This document shows positions 44,076-53,296 of a stretch of 64,000 bases of DNA, piece after piece. The position numbers and the translations under genes were made by a program. Where the stretch lies: the NCBI GenBank assembly GCA_963758495.1, contig CAVWVI010000003.1, forward strand, positions 576,001 to 640,000, read 5' to 3'. The notes beneath the pieces are model-generated. The model was given only the letters and a program-made list of their open reading frames with translations. It searched no databases and had not been told where the DNA came from. Within the stretch, counting starts at the first letter, position 1, and the number at the start of each line of letters is the position of its first letter. Origin of the DNA: Oligoflexia bacterium (GTDB taxonomy: Bacteria > Bdellovibrionota > UBA1018).

Positions 44076-44534
44076 ATGTCAACTGATGTATCGTCTACAA
44101 ACACTTTAAATTTCGACGAAGTGAGATTAAAGAACTACATTGCACAAACCGAACATCGAAACGAAATGCAAACCCGTGAGATCGAAGCCAACCATCAAAA
44201 AGATCTAGAAAAATTACAAAACACAAGCGAAGAGCAACTCAATAGCCTTCGACATGCCTACGACGTCAAAATCTCCAATGAAGCAGAAGCACTCGAAGAA
44301 AAACTCAACCAGACCCGTAAGAGCAATGAGGAAAAAATCAATCTCGAAAAACACTCAAGCGACGATGAAATAGCAAAACTCAAAACTGCAAATCAACAAC
44401 GAGTGGACGAATATAAAAAGAATTCAGAATTACGTCTGGATACTTTACGAAAAGAATTTCAAACTGTGGAAGAAAATATTCGTGACCAGGCTAAGAAAAC
44501 TACAAAACGAGAAAGGGAAAATGCGGGTCTATGA
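44076..44534 (+). CDS. hypothetical coiled-coil protein
   Basis: 152-aa E/K/N/Q-rich helical ORF. Confidence 0.7.
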   Translation: MSTDVSSTNTLNFDEVRLKNYIAQTEHRNEMQTREIEANHQKDLEKLQNTSEEQLNSLRHAYDVKISNEAEALEEKLNQTRKSNEEKINLEKHSSDDEIAKLKTANQQRVDEYKKNSELRLDTLRKEFQTVEENIRDQAKKTTKRERENAGL

Positions 44535-44752
44535 GTCAATACACAGAACATTATAAAGATCACTATAAAGAGCAAGCTCCCAAACAACCCGAACCGCAAC
44601 CGGTTCAAATCAATGGATTCCAACAGGTGCTGGAAATGTTGAAAATCGCTGATCCGGTATTTCGGGAATCCCTCCTCAAGCGCCTTGCAAGTAAAGATCG
44701 TGAACTCGCAAATTCATTGAAGCGCGACCTAAGGGATTTGGATATCTTATAG
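44531..44752 (+). CDS. small hypothetical protein (weak FliG-C-like helix pattern)
   Basis: ATGA overlap with the upstream gene; QVLEMLKIADPVFRESLLKRLASKDRELA. Confidence 0.65.
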   Translation: MSQYTEHYKDHYKEQAPKQPEPQPVQINGFQQVLEMLKIADPVFRESLLKRLASKDRELANSLKRDLRDLDIL

Positions 44753-45098
44753 TAAACTAGATAACCTGCTTATAAATAATTCAAAGTTTACAAGCCTCAC
44801 ACCTGACTACGAGGATACTTCAGAGAGTGACGAGGACGAAAGCACTCCATCAGAACTAAACCACTCAATTGCCCAACACGATCTCAAAAAACCTTCTGAG
44901 AAAGATGAGTCACTTACTAGTTCAAAGACTAACCCTGTAAAAAATGATCTTTTAGAGCAGATTAGAACTTTCAAGCAACCATTACGTCCCATTCCAAAAA
45001 AAGGTATTGAACAATCGGGCCAAAAAGCAGATGTGCAATCAAGTTTAATTGAAGCTTTAAAAAAACGTATGAATTCATCTGGAAATTTAAAAAATTGA
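44733..45098 (+). pseudogene. startless ORF with acidic tract and WH2-like plus WASP-C-like motifs
   Basis: Open frame between TAA 44730 and TGA 45096: ...DYEDTSESDEDEST...KNDLLEQIRTFKQPLRPI...DVQSSLIEALKKRM... Confidence 0.5.
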
Positions 45099-45133
45099 GC
45101 CCCTTCGTAAATCATTAACCTAAGCTGTCGATA

Positions 45134-46051
45134 CTACAAAGCTAGTGCCTTCGCCAACTCGGCTCCTACCCTCGCATTGTTTTTAATCAGCGAAATATTT
45201 GCAGTCAGGCTTTGTCCCCCGGTTTTTGAATTCAGATACGCGAGTAAAAATGGAGTCATATTTTTACCACGAATATTGTTCAATTCCGCTTCTCGAATCC
45301 CCTCTTCGATGAAACTTTCTAACTGAGCACCCTCTAATTCATCTTCTTTAGGAATCGGATTAGCCACTAGAACTCCTCCCGGGGATCCCAGTAACCATTT
45401 ACACTTCACTAAGTCAGCAATCTCTTTCAATGAGTCCATTCGATAAGTCACGGGAAACTGACTTTCACGACTATAAAAAGAGGGAAAGGAACTCGATTGA
45501 TAGCCAATCACTGGAACACTCAAGGTCTCTAAAACTTCTAATGTTAAGCCAATATCCAAAATCGATTTGGCTCCTGCACAAACAAGAGCAACGCTAGTTT
45601 GGGATAATTCATTTAAATCAGCTGAAATATCGAAAGTTTTTTCGGCACCCCTATGAACGCCTCCGATACCTCCCGTGCTAAAAACCCGAATTCCAGCTAG
45701 GTCTGCGCAATAAAGAGTCGCAGCTACTGTGGTACCTCCACTCACTCGAGTAGCAATAGCATAAGGTAGGTCTCTTTTACTCAGCTTTAAAATACTCCCT
45801 GATTGATTTTTACCAAGTCTCTCTAAGTCAGAACTCTCCAATCCGACTCGAATCTTTCCATCAAGAACTGCAATTGTGGCCGGTAACGCCCCTGAACTCA
45901 GAACAATCTGCTCTACTGAACGTGCAGTCTCAATATTTTGAGGGTATGGCATCCCATGCGTAATCAGCGTCGATTCTAACGCCACAACCGGATAACCCTC
46001 ATTCAGAGCCTCTTGGATATCCGGTCTTATATAAAAAATTTCAGAGTTCAT
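45134..46051 (-). CDS. psuG: pseudouridine-5'-phosphate glycosidase
   Basis: PVVALESTLITHGMPYPQN, TTVAAT, TGGIGGVHRG, DISADL, GAKSILD, TPFLL. Confidence 0.95.
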   Translation of the reverse strand: MNSEIFYIRPDIQEALNEGYPVVALESTLITHGMPYPQNIETARSVEQIVLSSGALPATIAVLDGKIRVGLESSDLERLGKNQSGSILKLSKRDLPYAIATRVSGGTTVAATLYCADLAGIRVFSTGGIGGVHRGAEKTFDISADLNELSQTSVALVCAGAKSILDIGLTLEVLETLSVPVIGYQSSSFPSFYSRESQFPVTYRMDSLKEIADLVKCKWLLGSPGGVLVANPIPKEDELEGAQLESFIEEGIREAELNNIRGKNMTPFLLAYLNSKTGGQSLTANISLIKNNARVGAELAKALAL

Positions 46052-46121
46052 TCAATCTCCTCAAGGATTTTGATATATCGCTTATATTCTTGAACTTGCA
46101 AGCCTAGTTGTGGTTTCTAAG

Positions 46122-46142
46122 GTGAGTAGTTCCTTTAGGGCT
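46122..46142 (+). repeat. isolated leader fragment of the palindromic repeat family
   Basis: AGTAGTTCCTTTAGGGCT matches 38937-38953 and 39001-39016. Confidence 0.6.
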
Positions 46143-46174
46143 CAGGCTTTGTTGGAATTGATTAGGGGGAAACT

Positions 46175-47869
46175 ATGATTCGTAATCCAAGCTTAAAAAA
46201 AGTTCTTAAATGGATTCAATTAGCAAGAATCGTAAACGAAAAAGCAATCAGTCCACAAGCCTTACTCGAAACGAAAGATTTACTCAGTAGACGCGATCTC
46301 CTCAAACTAGCTGGAAAAACTGCGGCAGTTCTTCCTTTTTCGAATTTTTTAGCCCACCCAGCCTTGGCGAAAATAATCCAAGCTCCAATGAAAAACTCTG
46401 AGCCCGTTATCATCTTAGGCGGTGGAACTGCGGGACTCACCACCGCGTATCGACTTCAAAAAGTTGGAATTCCTTGTGCAATCTATGAAGCTAGCAATCG
46501 CATCGGAGGACGAATGCTATCAGCGTCGAACTTCAACTCAGATGGGATGTTTTGCGAACTCGGTGGAGAACTGGTGGACAGTGATCACGAAGACCTCATG
46601 CAACTCTGTACAGAACTCAATCTCGGAATTCAAAACCTTCAAGAAGGAGATGCGGGTTTAAAAACAGACTTATATTATGCGGATGGCCGACTCATCCAAG
46701 ACTCAGAAATGCTTTTCGCTTTCCAACCTCTTGCTGCTCAAATCTCTTCTGACTTGAAAGAAATTTTTGGAGATACTGAAGTCAAAATGCCGACCTATAA
46801 AGATCAAAAAAATCCAACCTGGGTTAAGTACGATCAAATTCCACTTTCTGAATATTTATATTCAAAAAAAGACGTAGAAAAATGGGTCCTTGATCTCATC
46901 CAAGTCCTGTATGTATGTGAATACGGCCAAGATCTAGATCAACAATCAGCACTTAATTTTCTCACTTTGATTTCAACTGACACAAACGCCGGACTTAAGC
47001 TTCTGGGAGACAGTGATGAGAGTAAACGCATTGTAGGAGGAAGCAGCAAACTCCCTCTTGCCCTAGAAAAAGCGATCCAGGATAGAGTGCCTATTTACTT
47101 TGAGCACGAACTCGTGAAAATCAGCGATGGAGGAAGAAATTTAAAACTCATCTTCATCAAAGATAAAACAACCTTTGAAATTTCCACATCTCAACTCGTT
47201 TGCACAATACCCTTTTCAGTACTGAGAAATGTGGAGGGAGTTTCCAAGCTCGATTTGGGCTTGGCTACTCAAGAATGCATTCAAAAAATGGGATACGGCG
47301 CCAATTCGAAACGGATCATAGGATTTAAAAATAAAATTTGGCGTAATCAGATAGCAGGAAACTCTACCCTAGAAAACCCTACCAGAGGAAATTCAAACGG
47401 CGCACTTCTCACCCTGACTCATCAACAATTCTGGGAAACGAGTCGAATGCAGCCTGGAAAAAGTGGAATTCTGACTCAGTTCCTAGGAGGCAGCCAAGGA
47501 CAGCAAATCATGCAAGCGCCTTTACATTCTAGTTTGGATTGTCTTAATCAGACTTTTCCAGGCATAAGCGCCGCTTTTGACGGAAACATACGATTCGGAC
47601 ATTGGCCTGAAAATCCATGGAGCAAGGGAAGTTATATTTGTCTCAAGCCTGGACAATACACCTCTATGCATGGACTTGCTGCAGAAAGCTCTCTCTCAGA
47701 TCGCTTGTTTTTTGCCGGTGAACATACCAGTATTGAATTCAGTGGATTTATGAATGGTGCAGTTCAATCAGGAAATCGGGTCTCCCGGCAAATTATTTCG
47801 CTTCGAGGCCTTCAAAATTCCAAATCTCAATCCACGCGTACTGATTTGACAACTTTGGAAATTCAATAA
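46175..47869 (+). CDS. flavin monoamine oxidase family FAD-dependent oxidoreductase with Tat-like motif
   Basis: SRRDLLK; GGGTAGL, EASNRIGGR, ELGGE, LFFAGEHT, GFMNGAVQSG. Confidence 0.88.
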   Translation: MIRNPSLKKVLKWIQLARIVNEKAISPQALLETKDLLSRRDLLKLAGKTAAVLPFSNFLAHPALAKIIQAPMKNSEPVIILGGGTAGLTTAYRLQKVGIPCAIYEASNRIGGRMLSASNFNSDGMFCELGGELVDSDHEDLMQLCTELNLGIQNLQEGDAGLKTDLYYADGRLIQDSEMLFAFQPLAAQISSDLKEIFGDTEVKMPTYKDQKNPTWVKYDQIPLSEYLYSKKDVEKWVLDLIQVLYVCEYGQDLDQQSALNFLTLISTDTNAGLKLLGDSDESKRIVGGSSKLPLALEKAIQDRVPIYFEHELVKISDGGRNLKLIFIKDKTTFEISTSQLVCTIPFSVLRNVEGVSKLDLGLATQECIQKMGYGANSKRIIGFKNKIWRNQIAGNSTLENPTRGNSNGALLTLTHQQFWETSRMQPGKSGILTQFLGGSQGQQIMQAPLHSSLDCLNQTFPGISAAFDGNIRFGHWPENPWSKGSYICLKPGQYTSMHGLAAESSLSDRLFFAGEHTSIEFSGFMNGAVQSGNRVSRQIISLRGLQNSKSQSTRTDLTTLEIQ

Positions 47870-48709
47870 CTCTAAAGCCCGCCATAGAATCATAGCTCCG
47901 GCCAGGATTACATCCGCCCGTTTAAATTCCATACACGGAAGGTCTCGTCTCTCTTCGATCGTTCTCCATTTGAGTTCCTCGACCATCCGATGAAGATCTC
48001 CTCGACTTAAGACAACAGAGTCTACCTGACTTGAATCAAATTGCTTCAAGCCTGCATGCCAGGCTGCGAGGGTAGTGGCGCTCCCTGCCACAGCAATTAA
48101 GTCACAAGAGCTTTTAATTTGTTCTCGCCAAGGAAGCATTGCTTGAAATGCCTGATCTATCGCTTCTTGGCAGGCCCAAAATTCAGCATCCGTCACTGGA
48201 TCGGACTTTAAGTAGCGCTCCGTAAATCTCACCGAGCCGATGTCAATACTTTGACAATCTTGAAGAGAGATCAGCTCAGTACTTCCCCCTCCGACATCAA
48301 TAACACACGAATGCTGAGGGCTCATTCCAGGAAGGAGTGCTCCCAAAAAGGTAAACCGTGCCTCATCCACTCCAGATAAAATCCGAAATGAAAATCCTGT
48401 GAGTTTTTGAATCTTAGAAAAAAACAAATCACTATTCTTCGCATCTCGAGCTTGGCTCGTTGAAACACAAATGACTTGATTCGTTGCGAGTCCCGCATCC
48501 TGCACTTTAAGCGCATAGTTTTTCAAACATTCCAGCGTGCGTTCCATCGGCCGGGTTTGAAGCTCTCGATTCTGATCCACTCCTTCGCCTAGACGAACCA
48601 CAGTTGAATTATCGCTGATCACACGGAGGATACTCTCCGTTTTGGGATCCCATTCTACAATTAAAAGAAGGCAAGTATTGGTACCCAAATCAATAGAAGC
48701 ACGAATCAT
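47768..48709 (-). CDS. ppx: Ppx/GppA exopolyphosphatase family
   Basis: IDLGTNT, VRLGEGVD, DVGGGSTE, RADVILAGA, GLRFG. Confidence 0.92.
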   Translation of the reverse strand: MIRASIDLGTNTCLLLIVEWDPKTESILRVISDNSTVVRLGEGVDQNRELQTRPMERTLECLKNYALKVQDAGLATNQVICVSTSQARDAKNSDLFFSKIQKLTGFSFRILSGVDEARFTFLGALLPGMSPQHSCVIDVGGGSTELISLQDCQSIDIGSVRFTERYLKSDPVTDAEFWACQEAIDQAFQAMLPWREQIKSSCDLIAVAGSATTLAAWHAGLKQFDSSQVDSVVLSRGDLHRMVEELKWRTIEERRDLPCMEFKRADVILAGAMILWRALELLNFQSCQISTRGLRFGILKASKRNNLPGDPIS

Positions 48710-48731
48710 AAAATCTACATCCCAATCTTAT

Positions 48732-49262
48732 TTAAGGCACTGCTGGAGCCAAAGAAGGAGCCGGAGATGGCGTCGAAGATACGGAGGGAGATCCTGAGAC
48801 AGGAGGAGAAATAGGCCCCTTCTTCACTGGTGGTTCATTCTCCTCTAGACTCTTCCCTTGCAACATGCTGATTTGAACTTTGAGTTTGTAATTTTCCTTT
48901 TCTAAAACATCAACCTTATCTTTCCAGTATTTAGACTCTTCCTCGAGCTCCGCAATTCGCTTATTACGTTCATGAGCAAGGGAATAATAACCTTCAGAGA
49001 AAGTTTCAGTATCTGGATTAAAAATACCGACTCGTGTTTCCCCGTCAACAATTCCTTTTACACGATAGCCGCCCTCTGCTTTTTCGGCCTCGATCACCTG
49101 AACGTCAAAGCTCTTTCCAGGATAGGCTTTATCTTGCCAAAACCGAGCAGCCGATTCCTTCGCTAGGTTTTTTGCGCGATCACTTGAACATCCTGCTAAG
49201 ATCAACAAGGCTCCCACAAAGATCCATAGAACTTTCTTAAACTTAGAATCTATTTTTTTCAT
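48732..49262 (-). CDS. hypothetical lipoprotein
   Basis: LAGC lipobox, coiled coil, Pro/Ser-rich tail. Confidence 0.75.
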   Translation of the reverse strand: MKKIDSKFKKVLWIFVGALLILAGCSSDRAKNLAKESAARFWQDKAYPGKSFDVQVIEAEKAEGGYRVKGIVDGETRVGIFNPDTETFSEGYYSLAHERNKRIAELEEESKYWKDKVDVLEKENYKLKVQISMLQGKSLEENEPPVKKGPISPPVSGSPSVSSTPSPAPSLAPAVP

Positions 49263-49282
49263 TTCTCATTCCTCTTCTTAAT

Positions 49283-51673
49283 TTAATGAAAAAAGTCTTT
49301 TAACTTTTCTTGCAACTTGTCATTCAATTTGTCGTTCAACTTGTTTTGGACAGCAGGGGGAACAACCTGTTTAATAATAGACTCCGCTTTTTTCCGTAAT
49401 TCCTCTTTAGCTCGACCTGTCAACGCATTCCCTATGTTTTTAAGTGCCACATGAGCTAATGCAGATGGAACCTCCGTATAAGAATAACAAGGCGCCATCA
49501 AATTACAATCCACATGAATAGGGAAATGAACAGGTGAACTTCCTTCAGCAAAGATATGCTCAACCTTCACCCCATTCTGCTCGACAGAAATATCTCGGAG
49601 TCGAGTGATGTTATAGGTATCAATGACATCCCAAAAGGTATTTAAAGAATAATTTTTTATACCTATCGTGGAACTTCCTTTTAAATCAATTCCTTGCTGA
49701 GGGACTGCTTTCGCATAAAAATCGGGTGCTATAAACTGATTATCTGCAATTGTAAAATCAGATGAAATAAAATCATATCGAGATGTACCATGAGGCAACG
49801 CACCCAATGATTTTCCTTTTAAAACAGGAACTTTATCTCCCAACTGACTCAAAGAGCGATTCAACGCCTCGGACACCATCTTCATGACGTCAATAGTAGC
49901 AAAAGTCGCTTGGTCTACTTTTAACTTTCCATGGACTTTCAGATTAGAAATCGCAGGATCAGGATTAAAACTAGCACCCTGACCCGACATACTCAAATGA
50001 GCCAAACCCTTGACTGTGTTTTTAAATAAAGCCATTTGTGATTCAACGGCCTGAGACATATTTAATCCGTCGATTTTAGCGTTAAACTGATAAGTAGGCG
50101 TTTTTGGCTTTAATTGAAAATGCGCATCTGCCGTAACAGTGCCCGAAAATATTTTTAGATCACACTGATCAAGCCCAGCCGTTAAATGACTGAAACTCAA
50201 CTTACATAAAACATCGGATACCGTAATCTGACGGGCTTTGATCATTTTCAGATTGACCCTCATCTTAGCAACGCTATCTGCGAGTATTTTATTGACTCGA
50301 AGAGGAGCGAGCATCGCATCGAAATTGGCTTGCGCTTCTGTAGGCATTTTTGAATCCCTATTTGAAGCCATTTTTGAAGATGGCTCGCTTGGATTCGAAG
50401 CTTCAGGCGCAGCAGCTTTTGCCTTTTGCGCCGGCGGAGGGAACTCCACGAGTTGATCCAGATCCATTCCCGTAGATGTCATTTCAAAATCCATTTGAGG
50501 CTGGGTAAATGACACTAACTTACCTTGAATTTTGAGATCATTTCCCGGTGCTTTCATTGTAATAAGAATAGGGTTGATTTGATCAGGAGATATTTGAATG
50601 ACCCCATCTAAAGTAGGCTGTGCCTTGAGCTGAGGTGCTTTTGCCGTCAATCCTGCAACCGTAATTTTTGCATGATATCCCATCTTCTGAGAAGACCCGC
50701 TGACATCAGCGACGAACTGCGCAGAGCCACCTAGCTCATATTCTTTCAACATGGGAAATAACCCCACCCACGGCTTTAAATCGATGGTATTGGATTTAAT
50801 ATTAAAACCTATCCTAGGTTCTATTTTAGATTCTGTTCTAGATTCTGTGCTAGATTTTGGCAGCCCCGCTGAAGAAGCTAAATCAGAAACTGTACCTTGT
50901 GCATTGATCTCAGCATTAAGAAATTTTGCAAGCAGACTGAGTTCAATTTGATCTATTTTACCCTCCTTCAAAGTCGGCTGAACTTTACCTGTAAGCCGGG
51001 CAGGACCTTGAAGAATAAAAGACTTTCCAAACTTTGTATCCAAATCTGCCCAGAGTTCGATTTCAGTGGGGTGACTTAAAGAAACATCTCGAAGTTCCAA
51101 ATTTAAATCTTTAACTTGAGTGGTTAAACCACTTAATTCATCTCGGTACTCTAATAAAGCGTGCTGAAGCTCTATTCCCAATTTAGCACGTGTCACTATT
51201 CCCGGTAGGTGACTCGTAGATGTTTTTGACCCAGTAACGGGAGAGGGAGGTATCGCCTGTGCATTCGATGCGGTAGATGAAATACCCTGAGGTACTTCCT
51301 TCATAAGCGACATGACATTCAACTTCCCATTTCGGTACTTGATTATTTTCAGAAGAGGTTGATTCATTTTAAAGGTAAGAATCGGTGCACCCGATAGAAT
51401 CGATAAGAAAGGAAGATGAAAATAGGCATCTTTCACTCTCACCACTTCTTCTCCAGTGGAGTCCAGAAGTTTTAATCCAGAAACCTCCACTCGAACTTGG
51501 CCCCAGAGAGAAAGAGAGAGCTTTCCCAATTCAAGCTTTCCATGAATTTGTTGACTCACTGTATCTACAATCTGAGGTCGATACTGATCGACATCCACTA
51601 CAAGTGGAATCATCACGATTGCAACTAATAACAACGCAAGAAAGGCACCCAAGACCCTAGCAAATTTTTTCAC
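49283..51673 (-). CDS. AsmA-family protein
   Basis: N-terminal TM followed by D.DQYRPQI...V...G.L.LSL; beta-rich repeats. Confidence 0.82.
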   Translation of the reverse strand: MKKFARVLGAFLALLLVAIVMIPLVVDVDQYRPQIVDTVSQQIHGKLELGKLSLSLWGQVRVEVSGLKLLDSTGEEVVRVKDAYFHLPFLSILSGAPILTFKMNQPLLKIIKYRNGKLNVMSLMKEVPQGISSTASNAQAIPPSPVTGSKTSTSHLPGIVTRAKLGIELQHALLEYRDELSGLTTQVKDLNLELRDVSLSHPTEIELWADLDTKFGKSFILQGPARLTGKVQPTLKEGKIDQIELSLLAKFLNAEINAQGTVSDLASSAGLPKSSTESRTESKIEPRIGFNIKSNTIDLKPWVGLFPMLKEYELGGSAQFVADVSGSSQKMGYHAKITVAGLTAKAPQLKAQPTLDGVIQISPDQINPILITMKAPGNDLKIQGKLVSFTQPQMDFEMTSTGMDLDQLVEFPPPAQKAKAAAPEASNPSEPSSKMASNRDSKMPTEAQANFDAMLAPLRVNKILADSVAKMRVNLKMIKARQITVSDVLCKLSFSHLTAGLDQCDLKIFSGTVTADAHFQLKPKTPTYQFNAKIDGLNMSQAVESQMALFKNTVKGLAHLSMSGQGASFNPDPAISNLKVHGKLKVDQATFATIDVMKMVSEALNRSLSQLGDKVPVLKGKSLGALPHGTSRYDFISSDFTIADNQFIAPDFYAKAVPQQGIDLKGSSTIGIKNYSLNTFWDVIDTYNITRLRDISVEQNGVKVEHIFAEGSSPVHFPIHVDCNLMAPCYSYTEVPSALAHVALKNIGNALTGRAKEELRKKAESIIKQVVPPAVQNKLNDKLNDKLQEKLKDFFH

Positions 51674-51700
51674 ACCTTCCCCCTCTTCTTAGAAATAGAT

Positions 51701-51797
51701 AAGCACAGCAAGGAGTCCTGTTGCGCCGTAAAGATTTGGGTTCTCGGCGCAACAGGACTCCTTGCTGTGCTTGTCAACAGCCTTAAAGGTTACTTAC
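51701..51797. repeat. palindromic repeat, third copy
   Basis: Perfect 28-bp arms AAGCACAGCAAGGAGTCCTGTTGCGCCG (51701-51728 and 51745-51772), followed by the reverse-complemented leader GTCAACAGCCTTAAAGG. Confidence 0.85.
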
Positions 51798-51812
51798 ACA
51801 AACGATCAGCCA

Positions 51813-53294
51813 CTAACTGCTCGCTGTTAGCTTCTTTTTCAACAACTCACCTAGCATACCAGGATTTGCTTTTCCGCCAGTCTCTTTCATGACCTGGCCC
51901 ACAAAGAATCCTAACAGTTTTTCTTTCCCTGACCGATATTCTGCCACTTGCCCAGGAAATGCCGCAATCACCTGATTAATAGCTGGCTCAAGTGCTCCAG
52001 TATCACTCACTTGCTTAAGGCCCTCACGGTCCACGACTGACATAACAGCTTCGCCCGTCTTCCAAATAACAACAATAACTTGTTTTGCAGCCGTACTGGA
52101 AAGAACTTGGGTTTGTAGGAGCCGAACTAGGTCAGCGATGTGGGACGGTTTTAACCGACTTTGATTAATCTCGATGCTCTCTTCATTCAGAAGACGAGCG
52201 ACTTCACCGGTAATTAAATTAGCAGAAGGTTTTGCTGCGACCTTCGCATCCATGCCACTCTGTTCTAAACTTTGAATGACCTGTTCAAAAAACTGAGCCA
52301 GGGGTTTAGAACTGGTCAAGACTCCAGCATCATAGGCAGAAAGACCTAATTCCTTCATAAGACGATTCAATTTTTGCTCAGGAAGCTCTGGTAAACTCTG
52401 ACGAAGCTTTTCAATAGTCTCACTATTTAACTGAAGAGGAATTAAATCCGGCTCTGGAAAGTATCGATAATCATGTGCTTCTTCTTTCGATCTCATCGAA
52501 ATAGTGACATTCTTAGTAGAATCAAAAGTACGTGTTTCTTGTACTACTTTTCCACCGGCACGAATCACTTCAATCTGTCGGGCAATTTCATAATCAATTG
52601 CCTTTTCTACAAATCGAAAGGAATTCACATTTTTAATTTCTGTACGAGTTCCAAGCTCTTGAGATCCCTTTGGCATGACGCTCACATTCGCATCACATCG
52701 GAAATTACCTTCTTGAAGATTGCCATCACAAATCCCCAGATAAGTCACTACTGCATAGAGGGACCTCAAATAAGCCCCTGCTTCTTCAGAAGTACTCATG
52801 TCAGGGCCACTCACAATTTCAATCAAGGGAACACCGGCTCGGTTCAGATTCACCAGAGAAAACCCCGCCATATGAACATTCTTACCGGCGTCTTCTTCCA
52901 TATGAATTCGCCGAATGCTCACCTTTTTTTGGCCCTTGCTGGTCTCAATATTTAACCAACCATATTCGCAAATCGGGTGTTCAAATTGGGTAATTTGATA
53001 ACCTTTAGGGAGATCGGGATAAAAGTAATTTTTTCTCGCAAAAGTATTTTTCAGAGTAATTTGGCAATTTGTGGCCAATCCTGCTTTGATTGCATATTCT
53101 ACGACTTTTTGATTCAATACAGGAAGTGTTCCTGGATGCCCTGCACAAATAGGACAAGTATTGGAATTCACATCCCCATCTGAAACAGATTGACCGTCTG
53201 GCATTTTTGCCAGGCAACCACAGAAAATTTTAGTATGAGTCGCTAATTGGCAATGAACTTCTAAACCAATGACCGCTTCAAATTCAGGATGCAT
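51813..53294 (-). CDS. gatB: Asp/Glu-tRNA amidotransferase subunit B
   Basis: VIGLEVHCQL, RKNYFYPDLPKGYQITQ, RCDANVS, DYRYFPEPDL, GQVMK. Confidence 0.98.
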   Translation of the reverse strand: MHPEFEAVIGLEVHCQLATHTKIFCGCLAKMPDGQSVSDGDVNSNTCPICAGHPGTLPVLNQKVVEYAIKAGLATNCQITLKNTFARKNYFYPDLPKGYQITQFEHPICEYGWLNIETSKGQKKVSIRRIHMEEDAGKNVHMAGFSLVNLNRAGVPLIEIVSGPDMSTSEEAGAYLRSLYAVVTYLGICDGNLQEGNFRCDANVSVMPKGSQELGTRTEIKNVNSFRFVEKAIDYEIARQIEVIRAGGKVVQETRTFDSTKNVTISMRSKEEAHDYRYFPEPDLIPLQLNSETIEKLRQSLPELPEQKLNRLMKELGLSAYDAGVLTSSKPLAQFFEQVIQSLEQSGMDAKVAAKPSANLITGEVARLLNEESIEINQSRLKPSHIADLVRLLQTQVLSSTAAKQVIVVIWKTGEAVMSVVDREGLKQVSDTGALEPAINQVIAAFPGQVAEYRSGKEKLLGFFVGQVMKETGGKANPGMLGELLKKKLTASS

Positions 53295-53296
53295 GG

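Noticed and set aside
44807..45115. 102-aa minus-strand ORF
   Set aside because: Phe/Ser-rich antisense shadow of the more protein-like plus-strand frame.
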